Both the position numbers and the translations under genes were made by a program. 39,247 bases of DNA from Sphaeroforma arctica JP610 (Eukaryota). The notes below the pieces were generated by a model that searched no databases, was not told where the DNA came from, and saw nothing but the letters and a program-made list of their open reading frames with translations. Each line of letters opens with the position of its first letter. Within the stretch, counting starts at the first letter, position 1. This document shows, in pieces, positions 12,521-26,452 of the stretch. The stretch lies in the NCBI RefSeq assembly GCF_001186125.1, contig NW_014040121.1, forward strand, positions 29,154-68,400, given 5' to 3'.

Positions 12521-14756
12521 TCAGTATACGTAAGGAATAATACGCGACTTCACCAATGAGCAGTACTTATCCCAGTCCTTGCCGTATTTCTTCTGGCAAT
12601 TGTCCCCATCCCTCAAGTCTCGGTGGATCAGGAGTGTTGTGAAGTATATAGCATAGAAATAGGGGATTTGGTGGCCAAACCCGCATGGAAGACACCAGGC
12701 CAATCCCTGCAGCATATCACCAAAGTAGTTGATGTGTCGAGCAATACCCCACCAGCCAGACGTCATCAGCCGAGTGCCCCGATCTGTTTTCATGTATTCG
12801 ATGTCTGTGAAGGCAGGATCAAGAATGCTGTGTAAGTCTATATGAGTACAGTGGATTAATGCTGCGGTGCGACGTTTCAATGCGGCATATCGAGGAAACT
12901 GTGATTTTTAAGGAGAGAAGCAGAGCACACCTCTAAAAATAGGGACCCAATTACGCGTACATACAAATGCGGCGACCGATTTTTTCAAGAACATACGTGC
13001 AACGGCTGGATCATCCGGGTTATTCCGGAACAGATTCTTCTGTCGATTTGACAATCTGCAGATTAAGAGATAATTACAAAATGGATTTATTAATTTATTT
13101 TCGACTGCAAGATTCCTGGCTGATCGTGTTAGTACATTCATGACATTCTTTGCCGAGTCCTCTTAACAAAGCCAGAAGAATCTGAAAACTAATACCGTCG
13201 ATCAAGATCAGAGAATAAGTTTGTACGAGTAGGACATCTGTGCCACATATCAGACAGAACTAACCGAGACAACTTTCCCAAATCATATGCTTGTATAGCA
13301 TGCACCATTCCATACCTGAAAATTGCATAACCAGCAGCGTTCAAAGCAACGATCGCCACCACTGCGGCCACAGACAGATACTGAGGATGGCTCACCAAGT
13401 ACCTTGCCTGTAGTGTGTACGTGAAAGGCACCCAGGCCAAATCTCCGAAGGCCAGCATAAAACCGAATCCTTCTTCAGTCACATCCATGGTCGTTAGCAG
13501 GGCCGCCTGTGTGTATGAAAATGAGACAATAGCCATAAGTACCGAGTTCTTTTTCACTTTGCTTTTTATAGGTAGATTTGCCCTAAACTAGCACATATAA
13601 TGATTTTGGTAGTGCGTGATGAAAATGCAAACAGTATAGAAGATCATGTGTATCCCGATAACATCAACATACTTAATATACAGAAAATAGAGGCATCTCA
13701 TTCAGGGCCAAATTGGATTAACTCACACCCACAAATTCTACACGGTACTCGTACACGGATTTGGTGTTGTGGCTAACGTACTCATCCAAAGTTGTAGTCA
13801 AACATTCATCAGTTCGTACAATAACCAAAGATATCATGATATACAACGTCATGTATTAATACAGATACTAAAAATCAAGAATGGTTGATTCAAAACGGAT
13901 TACCGATTTCACACTATAACACCGATAAGAGGAATTGGGATTTACGTGCCGCCAACACAAACCAGGATGAAGCTACACTACGACACCCAAACCGATTTTC
14001 TTTCCTATCCGTAGCATGTTACGAGCCGCGAACCAAGGCACATATCTGCTCGCGTAAAGATACTCCCTTTCCCGTGCTTACCTCAGACCAGAAGCTATCC
14101 AGCACGTAGAATATCTGAAATACATTGACAAGCGCCATCGAATTGGATAACTCTCCATGCAGCTGTACTTGTTTCGCAGCCATGGCAAGATCCAGTACAC
14201 ACCAGCCGATAAGTCCAGGACGTAATTCGCAAAACACCTTGAGATCAAAGTCGCCAATTCGAGGATTCAGCTCGCGACCCATGAAAAAGTCGTAGAAGGG
14301 ATTGCCTATTGTGAGGAACAACAGGTAAGTAATTATTTAAGGCGGAAGTGTATATATATGCGTATATATATATATATATATATTATTTATGATATAAATA
14401 TAGAGATATNNNNNNNNNNNNNNNNNNNNNNNNNNNNNNNNNNNNNNNNNNNNNNNNNNNNNNNNNNNNNNNNNNNNNNNNNNNNNNNNNNNNNNNNNNN
14501 NNNNNNNNNNNNNNNNNNNNNNNNNNNNNNNNNNNNNNNNNNNNNNNNNNNNNNNNNNNNNNNNNNNNNNNNNNNNNNNNNNNNNNNNNNNNNNNNNNNN
14601 NNNNNNNNNNNNNNNNNNNNNNNNNNNNNNNNNNNNNNNNNNNNNNNNNNNNNNNNNNNNNNNNNNNNNNNNNNNNNNNNNNNNNNNNNNNNNNNNNNNN
14701 NNNNNNNNNNNNNNNNNNNNNNNNNNNNNNNNNNNNNNNNNNNNNNNNNNNNNNAA

Positions 14757-14794
<38 letters not shown>

Positions 14795-14847
14795 CATACA
14801 TGTATGTGTGTGTAAATTTACATATACAGATTTAGATATATAAACAT

Positions 14848-14881
<34 letters not shown>

Positions 14882-16530
14882 CGTGTGTGTGTGTGTGCGT
14901 GTGTGTGTGTGTAATACGGTTTATGGTCAGCACGTGGAAGTACGTGGTCTGTGGCACTTCATCGCAGACGCAGATTGTGAGAAAAAGAAAAAAAATGGGA
15001 TGCTCAAAGTGGTGGTAGCATGGAGGCAAGCATCTTGATATTCAATTGGCAATTGATCAGTCTAAAATGATACGTGACAAAACAAGAAGAATAGATTCTC
15101 CAATCCCAGATCAATTTAGAGTACCATGTTCGTCACAAAACACATTTGTTTCAAAATTCGTAGTCTCACCTGATACTCCACCTTCCGCGAGCATTCGATT
15201 GCCAATGAAGGATGTGAGGTATAGATACGTACTCAGCAGATACGAGAATGCGATGGCAGTGCAAGCCAATGGTAAGTACTCGTCGTATGCCTCGGCCAGG
15301 TTGATAATGCCCATCTGATGCGCTACCATAGACCCGATGAGACTGATGCAGAATGCGAGAAAGCCTGAGTTGTAAACATGGTATGCACAGAGACTTAGCA
15401 ATTCATACGCAGAAATAGACCCAAATATTCCGCTGTTGCTCTTCGAAGTGCGCGTTGAATGACCTCCTCCTTATTGACGGTGGATTTATTGATATTTAGA
15501 GTATTGGCGGCGAGCAAATACACGAATTACATGTGTCGCACTACTACATTGAAGCGAAGGTGTTTCTTTTTGATACTTTGAACGCAATACATACTTGCTG
15601 ACCCAAAATAGTACAACTTTGATCCCAAAGAGAGCCTTGAAATTGTACGTACGTCTATATTTAAAGTTTTACGCATACAATTTAGAGCGAACCGTAAAGG
15701 CACCCGTTTGCTCGCGCATTTAGAGTTTAAGGTCTTCTGCAGTATAAACCATACTAGTTACAACGACAATACTAACAAAAATAGGTATGGTGCTATGTAC
15801 ATATAGGTGGCAGTAAATGTACGGATGGTCTCTTGGCCAGGATGGCCGTAATTTTTGGACTGATACGTCATAGATCCGCTCTGACAGTTGATACCGCTTG
15901 TATGTGTATGTGGTGATGGTCTATAATCCAGAATGAAATCGACACATACAAACAGCTCCGTAGAACTTTAATATTCCACTTGAGTCAGGTGGAGATTCCG
16001 TGATCTCCTCGATATAATTGAACTTCCGCAGCACACATACCGTTGGAAGATAGCGCTACGAGACTTCAGAACCGATGGATAGCGCCCCGATTGAGCTAGG
16101 ATTGAAACCTAGAAGCCTTTAATTTAAACCTAGTACAGGCAAATTCCCACGTGTCAATAGGTAAAACAAATAAATACACTCATAAAAACATACCATTCAT
16201 ACGATACTCCAAACGAGATCCATCTCTTAGTTCGACACCCTTTACGAGGTCCCCTGGTAATACTATATATAGCACAGTCTGAAACGCCATCCACGAGGAA
16301 AAGATCTGCACTGCTCGCGGCGAGTAAACATCACTCCATTGTAACGTAGGTATATCCTTAAACAATAATTCTTGCACGTTCATGCATGTTTCGCCCGGAC
16401 ATAGCGCGTACAGGCTCACAACTATGAATGGTAAGAACCCAACGAGGAATCCAGTGCCAATAGGACCCAAAAATACAAAGTCCTTCGGGTCGGTCGGTGG
16501 AAGAGTATTATGCTTCATTTCTACCCCCAT
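12521..16530 (-). CDS. ERG24: Delta14-sterol reductase (ERG4/ERG24 family, TM7SF2-type), 6 exons, 429 aa
   Basis: Exons 16194-16530, 15170-15364, 14082-14305, 13316-13506, 12997-13055 and 12521-12804 are all GT-AG and phase-compatible (1290 nt). Family motifs: [106 protein letters not shown]. Confidence 0.95.
14351..14912. repeat. Compound (TA)n/(TG)n microsatellite around assembly gap 14410-14754, inside ERG24 intron 2
   Basis: TA and TG runs flank the N run. The exons on both sides splice in phase, so no coding sequence needs to be in the gap. Confidence 0.93.
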
Positions 16531-16817
16531 TTTGATCGAAGAGACGTTTCTCAAGTCGATAATGTGTGTATGAGCTGGTACAAGGTATCCATATACACTA
16601 CTGGTAGCATACAACCGATGTATTTAAATACAGCGAGAAAGTCCAACGATCCTTTGTGACGCAAAGCGATGATGACACCATTGTGTGACAATTCCATTGG
16701 CCGAGCACCATGATGCCATCACTCAAACATAAATCCGTGAAACAACGTGAATCCGTGATACGGATGTGGGAAATTTTTATTTATTTCTATATACATAAAT
16801 TAACGGAATGGAACGTC

Positions 16818-16891
16818 TGCCGCGTGGCTCAGTTGGTAGTAGCGCAAGACTGTTAATCTTGAGGCCAAGGGTTCGATCCCCTTCGTAGCAA
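16818..16891 (+). tRNA. tRNA-Asn (anticodon GTT), slightly atypical
   Basis: Cloverleaf: acceptor TGCCGCG/CGTAGCA; A-box TGGCTCAGTTGG; anticodon arm CAAGA-CTGTTAA-TCTTG; T-arm AAGGG-TTCGATC-CCCTT. Followed by an oligo-T tract. Confidence 0.88.
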
Positions 16892-16893
16892 CA

Positions 16894-16905
16894 TTTTTTT
16901 CTTTT
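16894..16905 (+). terminator. RNA polymerase III oligo-dT terminator of the tRNA gene
   Basis: TTTTTTTCTTTT begins 3 nt after the discriminator base. Confidence 0.75.
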
Positions 16906-17656
16906 AAAAATTATAATTGTTTACATTGTGGACGCATGATTTGTACCGTGGAATTGACTAATTTTCTTCATGTGGCCAAGAAATACACAAGAAAATGTGT
17001 GCAATCAGGCATCAATATAAGTCAGCGAGTAGACATGGTACTAAATAGGCTCAACATCAACGACCAGTGTAAATACCTGTTTTATTGTATAGCTCCAACC
17101 TCTGGAGGCGAGCAATGTTATATCGATATAATGCGAGAGACATCAGCAATCAAATCCGATGAGCGAGCGAAATCCGGTTTTAGAGCCATTGTATACCCGC
17201 TGCCACACTGCGCCACTTCATTTGAGCTTTGATCTACCTACAGTCACCAAGTTTGGGAAATAAATTATATTCTCGTATAAACCTTAAGGATTATGCCTCT
17301 GTAAATGAGAAACGAACATCTGGTCCCAGATCTGATCCTCGCCCTCAGCTAGCACTTGACCACAGGCAGGCAAGCAGGCAGGCATATTCGCATATCAGAC
17401 GTTTCGGGGTACTGCGCGCTAGACCCTTTCTCTCACATAGGCGTCTGTTTTAGCGTAGGGATGGATCTTACATCCCGAGGGATGGTAGAGGCAGTGAACC
17501 CGCCTTCAGGAAGGATGGATCTTATCTCATGTTACAGCCCTCCTTGCGGATACCTATTACCACTATAACTAAAATACATGACTCAGAAGATGTTGACTAA
17601 GTGCGGAGCATCTTTGACGTGGGGATAAAAATCCCTTGGATGTGATTGTTGCTCAT

Positions 17657-20602
17657 CACCAGTCCGTAGGGAAGTTGTCTTTGCCTATCAAACCGACATC
17701 TGGCAATTTATGCATACTTTTCTCCACTTGTATCCTCTGCACTGATGTTGAAAACTTCGAGGAAGAAAGATTTACAATTAACATTGATAAAGACTATAAT
17801 AAAAATAAATACGCGTTATCTCAGAGAAATTCGGACCAAACAAAGTACTTCTACATTAGTTTGGAGCACTCCACGAAATGCTGTGCAGAATATCGCAGAA
17901 GCCAATTACCTGATTCATAGCGCTGCAACCCTTTGTAAACGTGGCCAATAGCATTGTTAGAAGCACGTCATTTTGATCCTACATCATGTACAAGTGAAAA
18001 GTCTTTAGCTGCTCTCCTTCATAACCAGTGTGGCTCGAATTACGTTGGCGGATTGAGATAGTATGCAGTTAGGATGAGGGAGTACTGACAATGTGCAAGG
18101 GTATACGATAGCAGAGGAACTTAGCGCCAATACTTGTCAGGATTCCGCTCAAAGATTCACACGCATCAAAAGTCGATAAATCGAGACTCTAAGGATGTTA
18201 TGCATTGCCCTTTTAGGGTACAATCCAAGACATACCGTTCCAGCCTGTGATTGGTAGTCTGAGCTGATTGGGGCAGGGAGACGGTCGCAAAGATTCGCAA
18301 TCTCACGCACTATTTTTGGATCGTAGCTCACCTTGCCTATTGTAGTAGAATTCAGTGAGCGATAAATGAGATGGCGAAATGCAGCAAACCTTTCCGACAT
18401 TCATGCCGCAAACGTCCACACCAAAAGCTCTATCCAATATTTGTAGTGCTGAATTAAGCCTAGAAATACGCATAAATAGTCTTGATAATGTATAGATCGG
18501 ATTTGTATGTCACACCACATATTTGATACTGCACAGACATGTGCGCTATAAACGCACCGCTAAGCTACGGCTTAAATCAACCAGTTCAATATATATGTAA
18601 GCCTTATGTTCAGAACAAGTATCTGCACTTGATGATGTCCAGGAGGAGGGCGACAGATCGTTCATAAGTTGAACTAAACCGGTTACTCTAGCACAACAAG
18701 TGTGGACAAACGCAACACATTTGCTGGTACTGAGAAATTGCGTCTAACCCTGTTTGCTTTTGAAATCTCACACACCCGACATGGGGGCGCAGGACACCAA
18801 AAAGATGAGGCATAATAGTCACAATTCGATTACATATACTTACCTTGCTGGACATCAGTCAGGTACTCACAGATGGTTTTCGTTCGCGAATGTAGCATGT
18901 CGATCGCATTAAGTTGCTGTGTCATCTGTAAGGAAACTACAACACATTCAAAATTAGCCCACAAGAAATCAGCCCATCGGTGTACAAGCAAGAACAGTAT
19001 GCAATAAACTCTTTCAAACGAGTAGGTGTTGACCAAAACAAAACAGACCGTCACATCACGCACGTATTGGGTTTTCTCGACAGGATCTGCACAACAAAGA
19101 ACCTGGCATACTTATAAACCGGACAGGAGGTGCTCGCATTTACACAGGTAGCTGGACACAAAGGGCACCTATAGGAGATAGTGCCATACACTCGCGAGCG
19201 TCTGCCCGTGATTTATACCCACGTACAAACGGAGAGTGCTTGAGACGACAATCTCAACCATTGAGTGGTCCAAGAAGTACATAATATACAGGCGTACGAA
19301 CCTTGTGACTTATTACTATTATCATTGGCATCACCGGTACTGGTTGCACTCTTTGCAATATGATTGAGAGCCGTGTTCTCTGCATCCTCCGTTTCCATTC
19401 GAAATGGGACTTTTACCAGATGATGGATAGCTCCCGATTCCTTTGTGAACGTATGTAAAAATAGGTGAACGATACATCAGAAAATTGTAGCTACGAAATG
19501 GAATCGCAGTGGCCGACAAGATCGAAGTGAATTTAGCTGGACACAAAAACCGTATATCCACCCACATCCGTGCCAAGCTTCGCTATATATACACCACACT
19601 GAAATCGAGAGAGTTGAAAGGCGTGACGTACATAGCATGTAAAAAAAGGTGGCATGCGACGCAGTCACGAAATTTTAAATCACAAACGTTGCTAAACAGT
19701 GATTATAAAAGGGCGTTCACTATACGAACAAGCGTACTTGTTGCACCGCCTCAGGGGTCCATAGGTAGAATGCATGATACCAGGTGATATCAACGAACGC
19801 TATGATGTTCGATCGTGCAGTTCTTCCTGTGATTATTCTTCCTTCGTATACATATTGAATAATCAAGCATGCATGAAATTGCGACCCCCTCGAGAAGACT
19901 CTCATAGCGCATACCTCACTAATGGATTCATAAAGTCCGGGCAAGTTGGCTTGGATGGCCTTATCCTCTGACGACATCCAAAATAGCAGCATCAGAGGGT
20001 TGCTTATGTGGTCGCACATCTGTTTGTGGAGACTCATCTCATCATCGGTAGGAGTCTGTGCCACAGTGTACCACCCCACCAGCTCATAGTCCGACGACAC
20101 TTGCTGAACTGTGAGCCATGTGCAAAAGTATGAGGAACAATCCGAGTAAGAACTGAGAAACTTTCAATTCAAACGAGTAAATAAAGGGATAGTCTAATTA
20201 CTGATTTAGATGAGGCGTGGCGTAGACTGCCTATCCTCATCATATCCAAATCCGCGAGATTCTAAATACAACGCGCGTACAAGCCGCCACACAGTTATTT
20301 GTCTCCCATGCTCTACTAAGATACGGTGGTGACACTGTACGTTGGCATGAAATATTTTACTGCTAAATGTGTATGTACCTAGCACTAGTGAGGGGAACTG
20401 AACAAACCTAACACGCAAACGCAATGCTAATCAGAAAAAAATGTGCTGGCTAAAACCTGCATACCCAAATTAAGGCGCTCGGCCACATTCTCTCCATCGA
20501 CAATTAGTCGATTCGTCTGCTCATCTCGTGTGCATACAACTTCTGTACAACTGATGATCTCCACAACAGGCCCCACTTGTGTTCCATACAACAGACCCAC
20601 GA
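17657..20602 (-). CDS. COPS6: COP9 signalosome subunit 6 (MPN- domain); first exon not found, last exon uncertain
   Basis: Phase-compatible exons: 20465-20602 (VGLLYGTQVGPVVEIISCTEV), 19915-20108 (DYELVGWYT...HKQMCDHISNPLMLL), 19302-19440 (KVPFRMETEDAENTALNHIAK), micro-exon 19064-19086, 18844-18925 (QLNAIDMLHSRTKTICEYL), 18236-18336 (YDPKIVREIANLCDRLP), 17910-17978 (NDVLLTMLLATFTKGCSAMNQ), and a probable last exon at ~17657-17737. The motifs fit CSN6 better than eIF3f or Rpn8. Confidence 0.88.
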
Positions 20603-20666
20603 CTGCGTCGCAATATTACAGAGACGCATTTCAGTATCAAACGATAGCGTCAATGTCCTCCTTTTC

Positions 20667-20870
<204 letters not shown>

Positions 20871-21089
20871 CTAGTACAACGAGTGTAATATCCATCTACT
20901 GCATTCTACTGTTTCGGGCCTATTGTTAATCGGTGAAAAAAGTATCAAAACTCTCAATCGTAGGTGTCCACCCGTCATCTCTCGATATACTTGCCAAATA
21001 AAAGCTTGTGTTAAGCTATGTCAGTAGAGATATTCAGCATGGTTTGGTTAACCACTCATCATTTATTGACATATGTGGCAATTGTGCAG

Positions 21090-24000
21090 GTGTTGGTAGC
21101 CTCATCCTTCGAGTGTACCTACACGACAAGTTAGTTTTCACCTCCCGCGTATTCAAGCGGTCAGCAATCCCTGTAAGTTGATCTCGTACTATGCATGTCC
21201 TGATACATGCCTCGTTGTGGAATAGTTCTTTAAGATGATGTACAGAGGCCTGCGTGACCCAAGCACTCAACAGTATATTGTGTATACATATGTGGATGAG
21301 TATGTATATATGTGCTTCTCTACAAGTTCACAGCAATCAGACCTAAAGCGGTATGTGTATTTGTGCTGCTCAACATACTGCCATGTATTACGGAGTGTGT
21401 CTACATAAATTATTTCCGGCACAATGAGTGTAGTACCCTTGTTTGATATCAATCGAGAAACCCCTAAACCCTAACCCCCAAAAACATATTCACGACCTGG
21501 CATACTCAATCACCGGTCATTTAGTTTACCTTGTCCTCTAAACTATAAGTGGTGTAATGCAATACAGGCGCGCTTACATACACACAAATCTACGGATCAT
21601 AATATTATATCATGAAACCAATTCTGTTTCTTTTCCCCTTTCACCAAATATGGTCTCTAAGCCAGAACATATCCAATTAGTGAACTAGTCGGAAAAATCA
21701 CAATTTGTAAAAAACAAGATTTCAATTCTGAAATTTACAATTTCGAATTTACTACGGCAATACACATTCATACACAGGTCATCAACCAGGTGATCTGGCT
21801 ACCCCTAGCCAATGTATACCTCGCCGCCTTGACTTTCGAGCTGCTTGATGTGTATGTGATACGTGTGTACCGTTACCAGTCCGGAAACAAATGTCTGTCT
21901 TAGTTGGTGGAACTGTTATATAAAAAGTGTATAGGAGCCTAGAAATTACTGGCATCCCCATTTGCTGGAGTTCCGGTTGTTTCTAAGTCGTGGGTACTAA
22001 TTTGTTGTGGTAACGGATTTGAGAATTCACATCGTACTATATTTCAAATTGAACGGATTCCACATATGCTGCATGCAGAAACACCGAAAAGTTGAAGCTG
22101 ATAAAGAAAGACGAGTGCAAGATCGCGTCTGCCGTAGTGCCGCTCGGCAACATTATTGCACAGGTGGGGGAGTGACTGGTTTGATTTTAGCTAGTATCAG
22201 TATATGTATATATAGATTTAGATGACCGCAAAATGCTACCTTTTTTGTGTACGTACTCTCGTTCAGATGGGTGTTTGACTACTTGTTGCACTGCTCTTTC
22301 AGTCTTTGCATTACTTTCACACACACTGCGCTACAGGTAGTTGTTGTATAAGCGATAGGTATTTTGACCATACTGTTGTTCTTCAAATTCCGAAGTCGGA
22401 CTTATGTACCTGATTTCATCGTCTACAAAAGGAGTTGTATCTAATCCCCCGCCTAAATTCTGATGCTCATACATACACCAGAACTCTCATGTCAAGTTAA
22501 ATAACCCGTCCAATTGTCTTTGGGTATATCTCGAGGGGAAGTCCTCCAGTATTCCCAGAGTGCACCGCCTCATGGTTTCATGCGAGGTCTTTGCCCTACC
22601 TGAAAGTATGTTGTTCAATGTATGGTTATGTTCCTGGTTCGGTGAAAATTTTCTAAGTGTTTTTACCATATTGAGCTATTCATAATTGAAAGTATGCCAT
22701 CTGCGTCAACAGTCAATCTTTATTTATACACACTAACAACGCACCGCTACGCAGCTGGAGTGACTTTTGCAGCAGCTGCACCCAAAGATCTGGCACTAAA
22801 CCAACCACTCGACAGACAAAGCAGTGGTTATAGCTCGAATTCAGGTATCTTTTTTTAAATTTTCTCTTCGTTAATTTGTATATATAAACCGCTGGCAGAA
22901 TTGCATTCGTAGACTTTGTGATAAAGTAGCAAGTTACTTATTGTGTTTCGTTATATGTACACATAGCGTAACTGATAACTTATCAGAGCTATATACCTCT
23001 TGTGTAATCATGTGTCTTCAGCACAAGTACATCTCGTTCATCGAGGCACAACTAGATACTTCATCACATACACCAAGTAGTTATTGCAGTTCAATGCACA
23101 TGTCACAGATGCTTAGTTAGCGGTATGAGTATGGCTCAGATACATCGCCCACATCACTTGTATATATTCCACTCATGTACATCTCCAGCGACGGGCCTAT
23201 CCGCGTCCTTCGACGCGGTCAGTAGTGAGCGTGTGATCAGCATCGGCAAACAGACTGGCAACATGATCGGTTCCGGTGCCTGTCTTCTAAGCAATGGTAT
23301 TGGAAACGGAGCCAAGTTGGTAGGTAAGACAGTGGGCCGCCTAGCCTCGCCGAGCCTGGGCAGACTCACCTCGCCATCGTTCGGTCTTGGAAAGGTATCT
23401 CCTACCCCGTCAATGGAAAGGAGAAGTATGCGGTATGTATGTGTGTAGGTATGTATGTGTGGAGAAGAATTACGGTGTCGCAAATCAAATCGGTACGTTT
23501 TACACGCCTGTGGGCTGGGTGGCTAGACATGTCTGGTCTGGCCAGTTTTCAAGTGTTCCTGTGTTTGACGGTGTGACCTCGATACACTGGTAAGCTGTAC
23601 CTTAGATATTCCTCTTTTGCCTCCAAGAACGTGAAAGTGTTACTGTGTGGACACGTATGTACCCAGCCTACAATGGCAAGCGTATCCCGAATGTACTTGA
23701 CGCTGTTTTGCTATCCGAACCCGAGAATAATATCGTCGGTCCTAAGTGGGGTCGAGGGTGTCTGCACGGTCCCACCTTTTTTTTCCCATCAGAACAAGAT
23801 CAAACATCCGTGCACGTTCATCGGGATACTTCTCACAAACAACTCTACAACACTTTTCTGACCGCATACAGCCAGGTTCGTACAGTGTATATGGTTGCAA
23901 ACTCTCACGTCCGCCTTGTATTCATGTTTAGGTTAATGGATTTCGCTACAAACAGTATCTTCGCGTCAGGGACAGACCCGCCCTCCACAGAAGATATACA

Positions 24001-26396
24001 AATGTGAGTCTATTGTAGGAAGGATTCTACAGAAATGTGAGCATGCACAATATTCATATTCGCATTCCGTGCGCGTGCTTATGTATTCAATCCTGGGTGA
24101 TGGTGAAGTAGAGGTGTAGTATCGGTATGGCATGCATGTATATATGTTCAGACAACTGTTGTATATACTGAAATCTACCACATGTGTCGTTCAAGAAAAT
24201 ATATATAAATGTAATCCATGCACATATGCGTGTAACCAGGCACAGTGTGAAACTATAGCTGTATGTACATGTTTGTGCGATAATCATTTCCCTGATCGCA
24301 AGCATTTATACATCGACCAGCCTCTTGTTGCTAAATCGTTTACTGATACTTACTGTTTGCTGTTACGTTGGCTTACAGACACAGCGCTGGTGAAATGGAC
24401 ACCCTTGCAAGACCGAAGACGACGCGTGTACGGACAAGTAGTGTATCTTCCAGTAAGTGAGCAGTAATATTCGAAATTTGAGTCCTACACCCGCGTCCCA
24501 ATTTGAAAAATTTGTTTAATTAGGTACGAGAGCATTGGTATCCGTATGATACAGCGCCGTAGCATATATGTATAGCACAGACTTGTGACCACCATTTGAC
24601 AGCTGTCTATAAATAGGATTGTCTACAACGTTTTTTATTTGATAGTACGGAAATCAGAGCTCGACAAATTTTGTAACTATCTCTCAATGAGAAGGTCGGT
24701 AGTGAATCTGCAGTGTATTTTATCACACCGATGCAGATACCAAGAAAGTGCTGCAGCGAAAGCAGACCAAAGACAGACAGTCGTATCCACTGAAGGTGTA
24801 CATGGATATAGTGGGCGTTGACGACTTCCTAGCTCCCGATAGATCTGGTCAGGATGCTTTGTGTATTTAACCCGAAATTGCGCTTTATTACTCCCCTGAC
24901 GGTTGTTGTACGAGTACTATTCCTTGTCGGGGTATCGTTATTCATAGCGTTCCGTTGTTTAATGTTTAAGAACGAATTATGATATATAACCTTAATTGTG
25001 CGTTTGTCTTTTCATGCTACTGACACATTCGAACAATAAACGAGGTATATTGACTCTGTGGCAGTGCCGCCATCGTCCGTCCAGTTCAAGCGACCGATCA
25101 AGATGATAGTGAATTCGAATAGACTTCCGACAGTCAGTCGATTCTGTAGCTGCTTAGACATATCAAAAGTTTTTATACTGACCTTTAGTTCATTCAAATG
25201 TATACCCGATCACAGAACCGGATACTTACGTGACCATCAAAATCAACGGTGTGGACGCATATCGAACCAAGACAGTACATAAAACTACCAGCCCGGTATG
25301 ACTCCTTATCTTATAACCCTTCAAAAATGTAGGTTTCGATGGACATCTAACCACTAGAGATTCTTTATGCTACATATTACCCTAGTTTGCTTGTGTGGGA
25401 TGAGTTTTGTCGATTTCTTTGGCTTTGACATCGCAATTATTATTATGCCACTCTTAAACGCTGATGCACAAGGTATCACTAGAACCCATAACATGACATC
25501 TGGACATATATCTCGTCAACTAAAGTGACAAGACCACATCATCACGCTTCTCATCCCATGATGTAACTGTTCTTGTAACATAGCATTCAGTGGCCTATAT
25601 CATCTATGTTAACACATTGTCACCACCCATGGACACAGGTGTTTGACGATAGCATTGAGTTCAATGTGAGTAGTCGAGATATTTTGGCGCTGCGGGTGAA
25701 GGATAAGGGCAAACAGATACACGATACCGGGACCATATCGGTAAGTGCTTATCAGTTCTATAGATACTTTTTACAATACAGCAGAGGCGCGCCTCAGTGG
25801 GACAAGCCTATAATAGTTTTCCCGCTTGTCTGTATGTCTATTTGAGAGTAGAAAATGAGTTTTCCTATACAAACTAGCCAAGAGAGGCGAGTCGTGTCTA
25901 AACGTTACCAAATTACGAGCATATTAAAGTCGCCATGAGATACAGCCCTGTGTCAGCAGGTACAGTGCTTTCAAACGCTTCACGGTATTTCTATTGTAGT
26001 TACTGGTTGAAGATCTGGCTATGGACGAGTGGGAACGGAAGACTATCAAGCTGCCTCTGCATGAACAAGCCACTTTAACAGTGGTAGTGATGAAGACGTC
26101 GAAGTATGCAACGCAGCCCGCATATAGTGTGGCTCTGAAAGGAGTGGCAGACTATACCCAAGAGCCCCAGTTTAGACAGAGTACAGCCGATTTTCCGTCA
26201 AGGGTATACCAGATCATGAGAAGAAGGGCATATGTGTATGCTGTTAATGTTGAGCGTATATATATACACTTATTTTCATTTGCTACCATGTTTTATATCA
26301 GGTGTGAATGAATATGTGCGTCTGAGATATTGAACTGAAATCTACATCGGGACAAATTTATGCGCATACATATATATGTGCCTGCCAAAGGAATTA

Positions 26397-26452
<56 letters not shown>

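Noticed and set aside
12521..16530. Lamin B receptor, DHCR7 or ERG4 assignment
   Set aside because: No N-terminal Tudor/RS domain, and the ELRPGLIGW and [19 protein letters not shown] motifs fit the C14 reductase branch.
21458..21479. Telomere-like CCCTAAACCCTAACCC
   Set aside because: Only about two imperfect units; too short to call an interstitial telomeric repeat.
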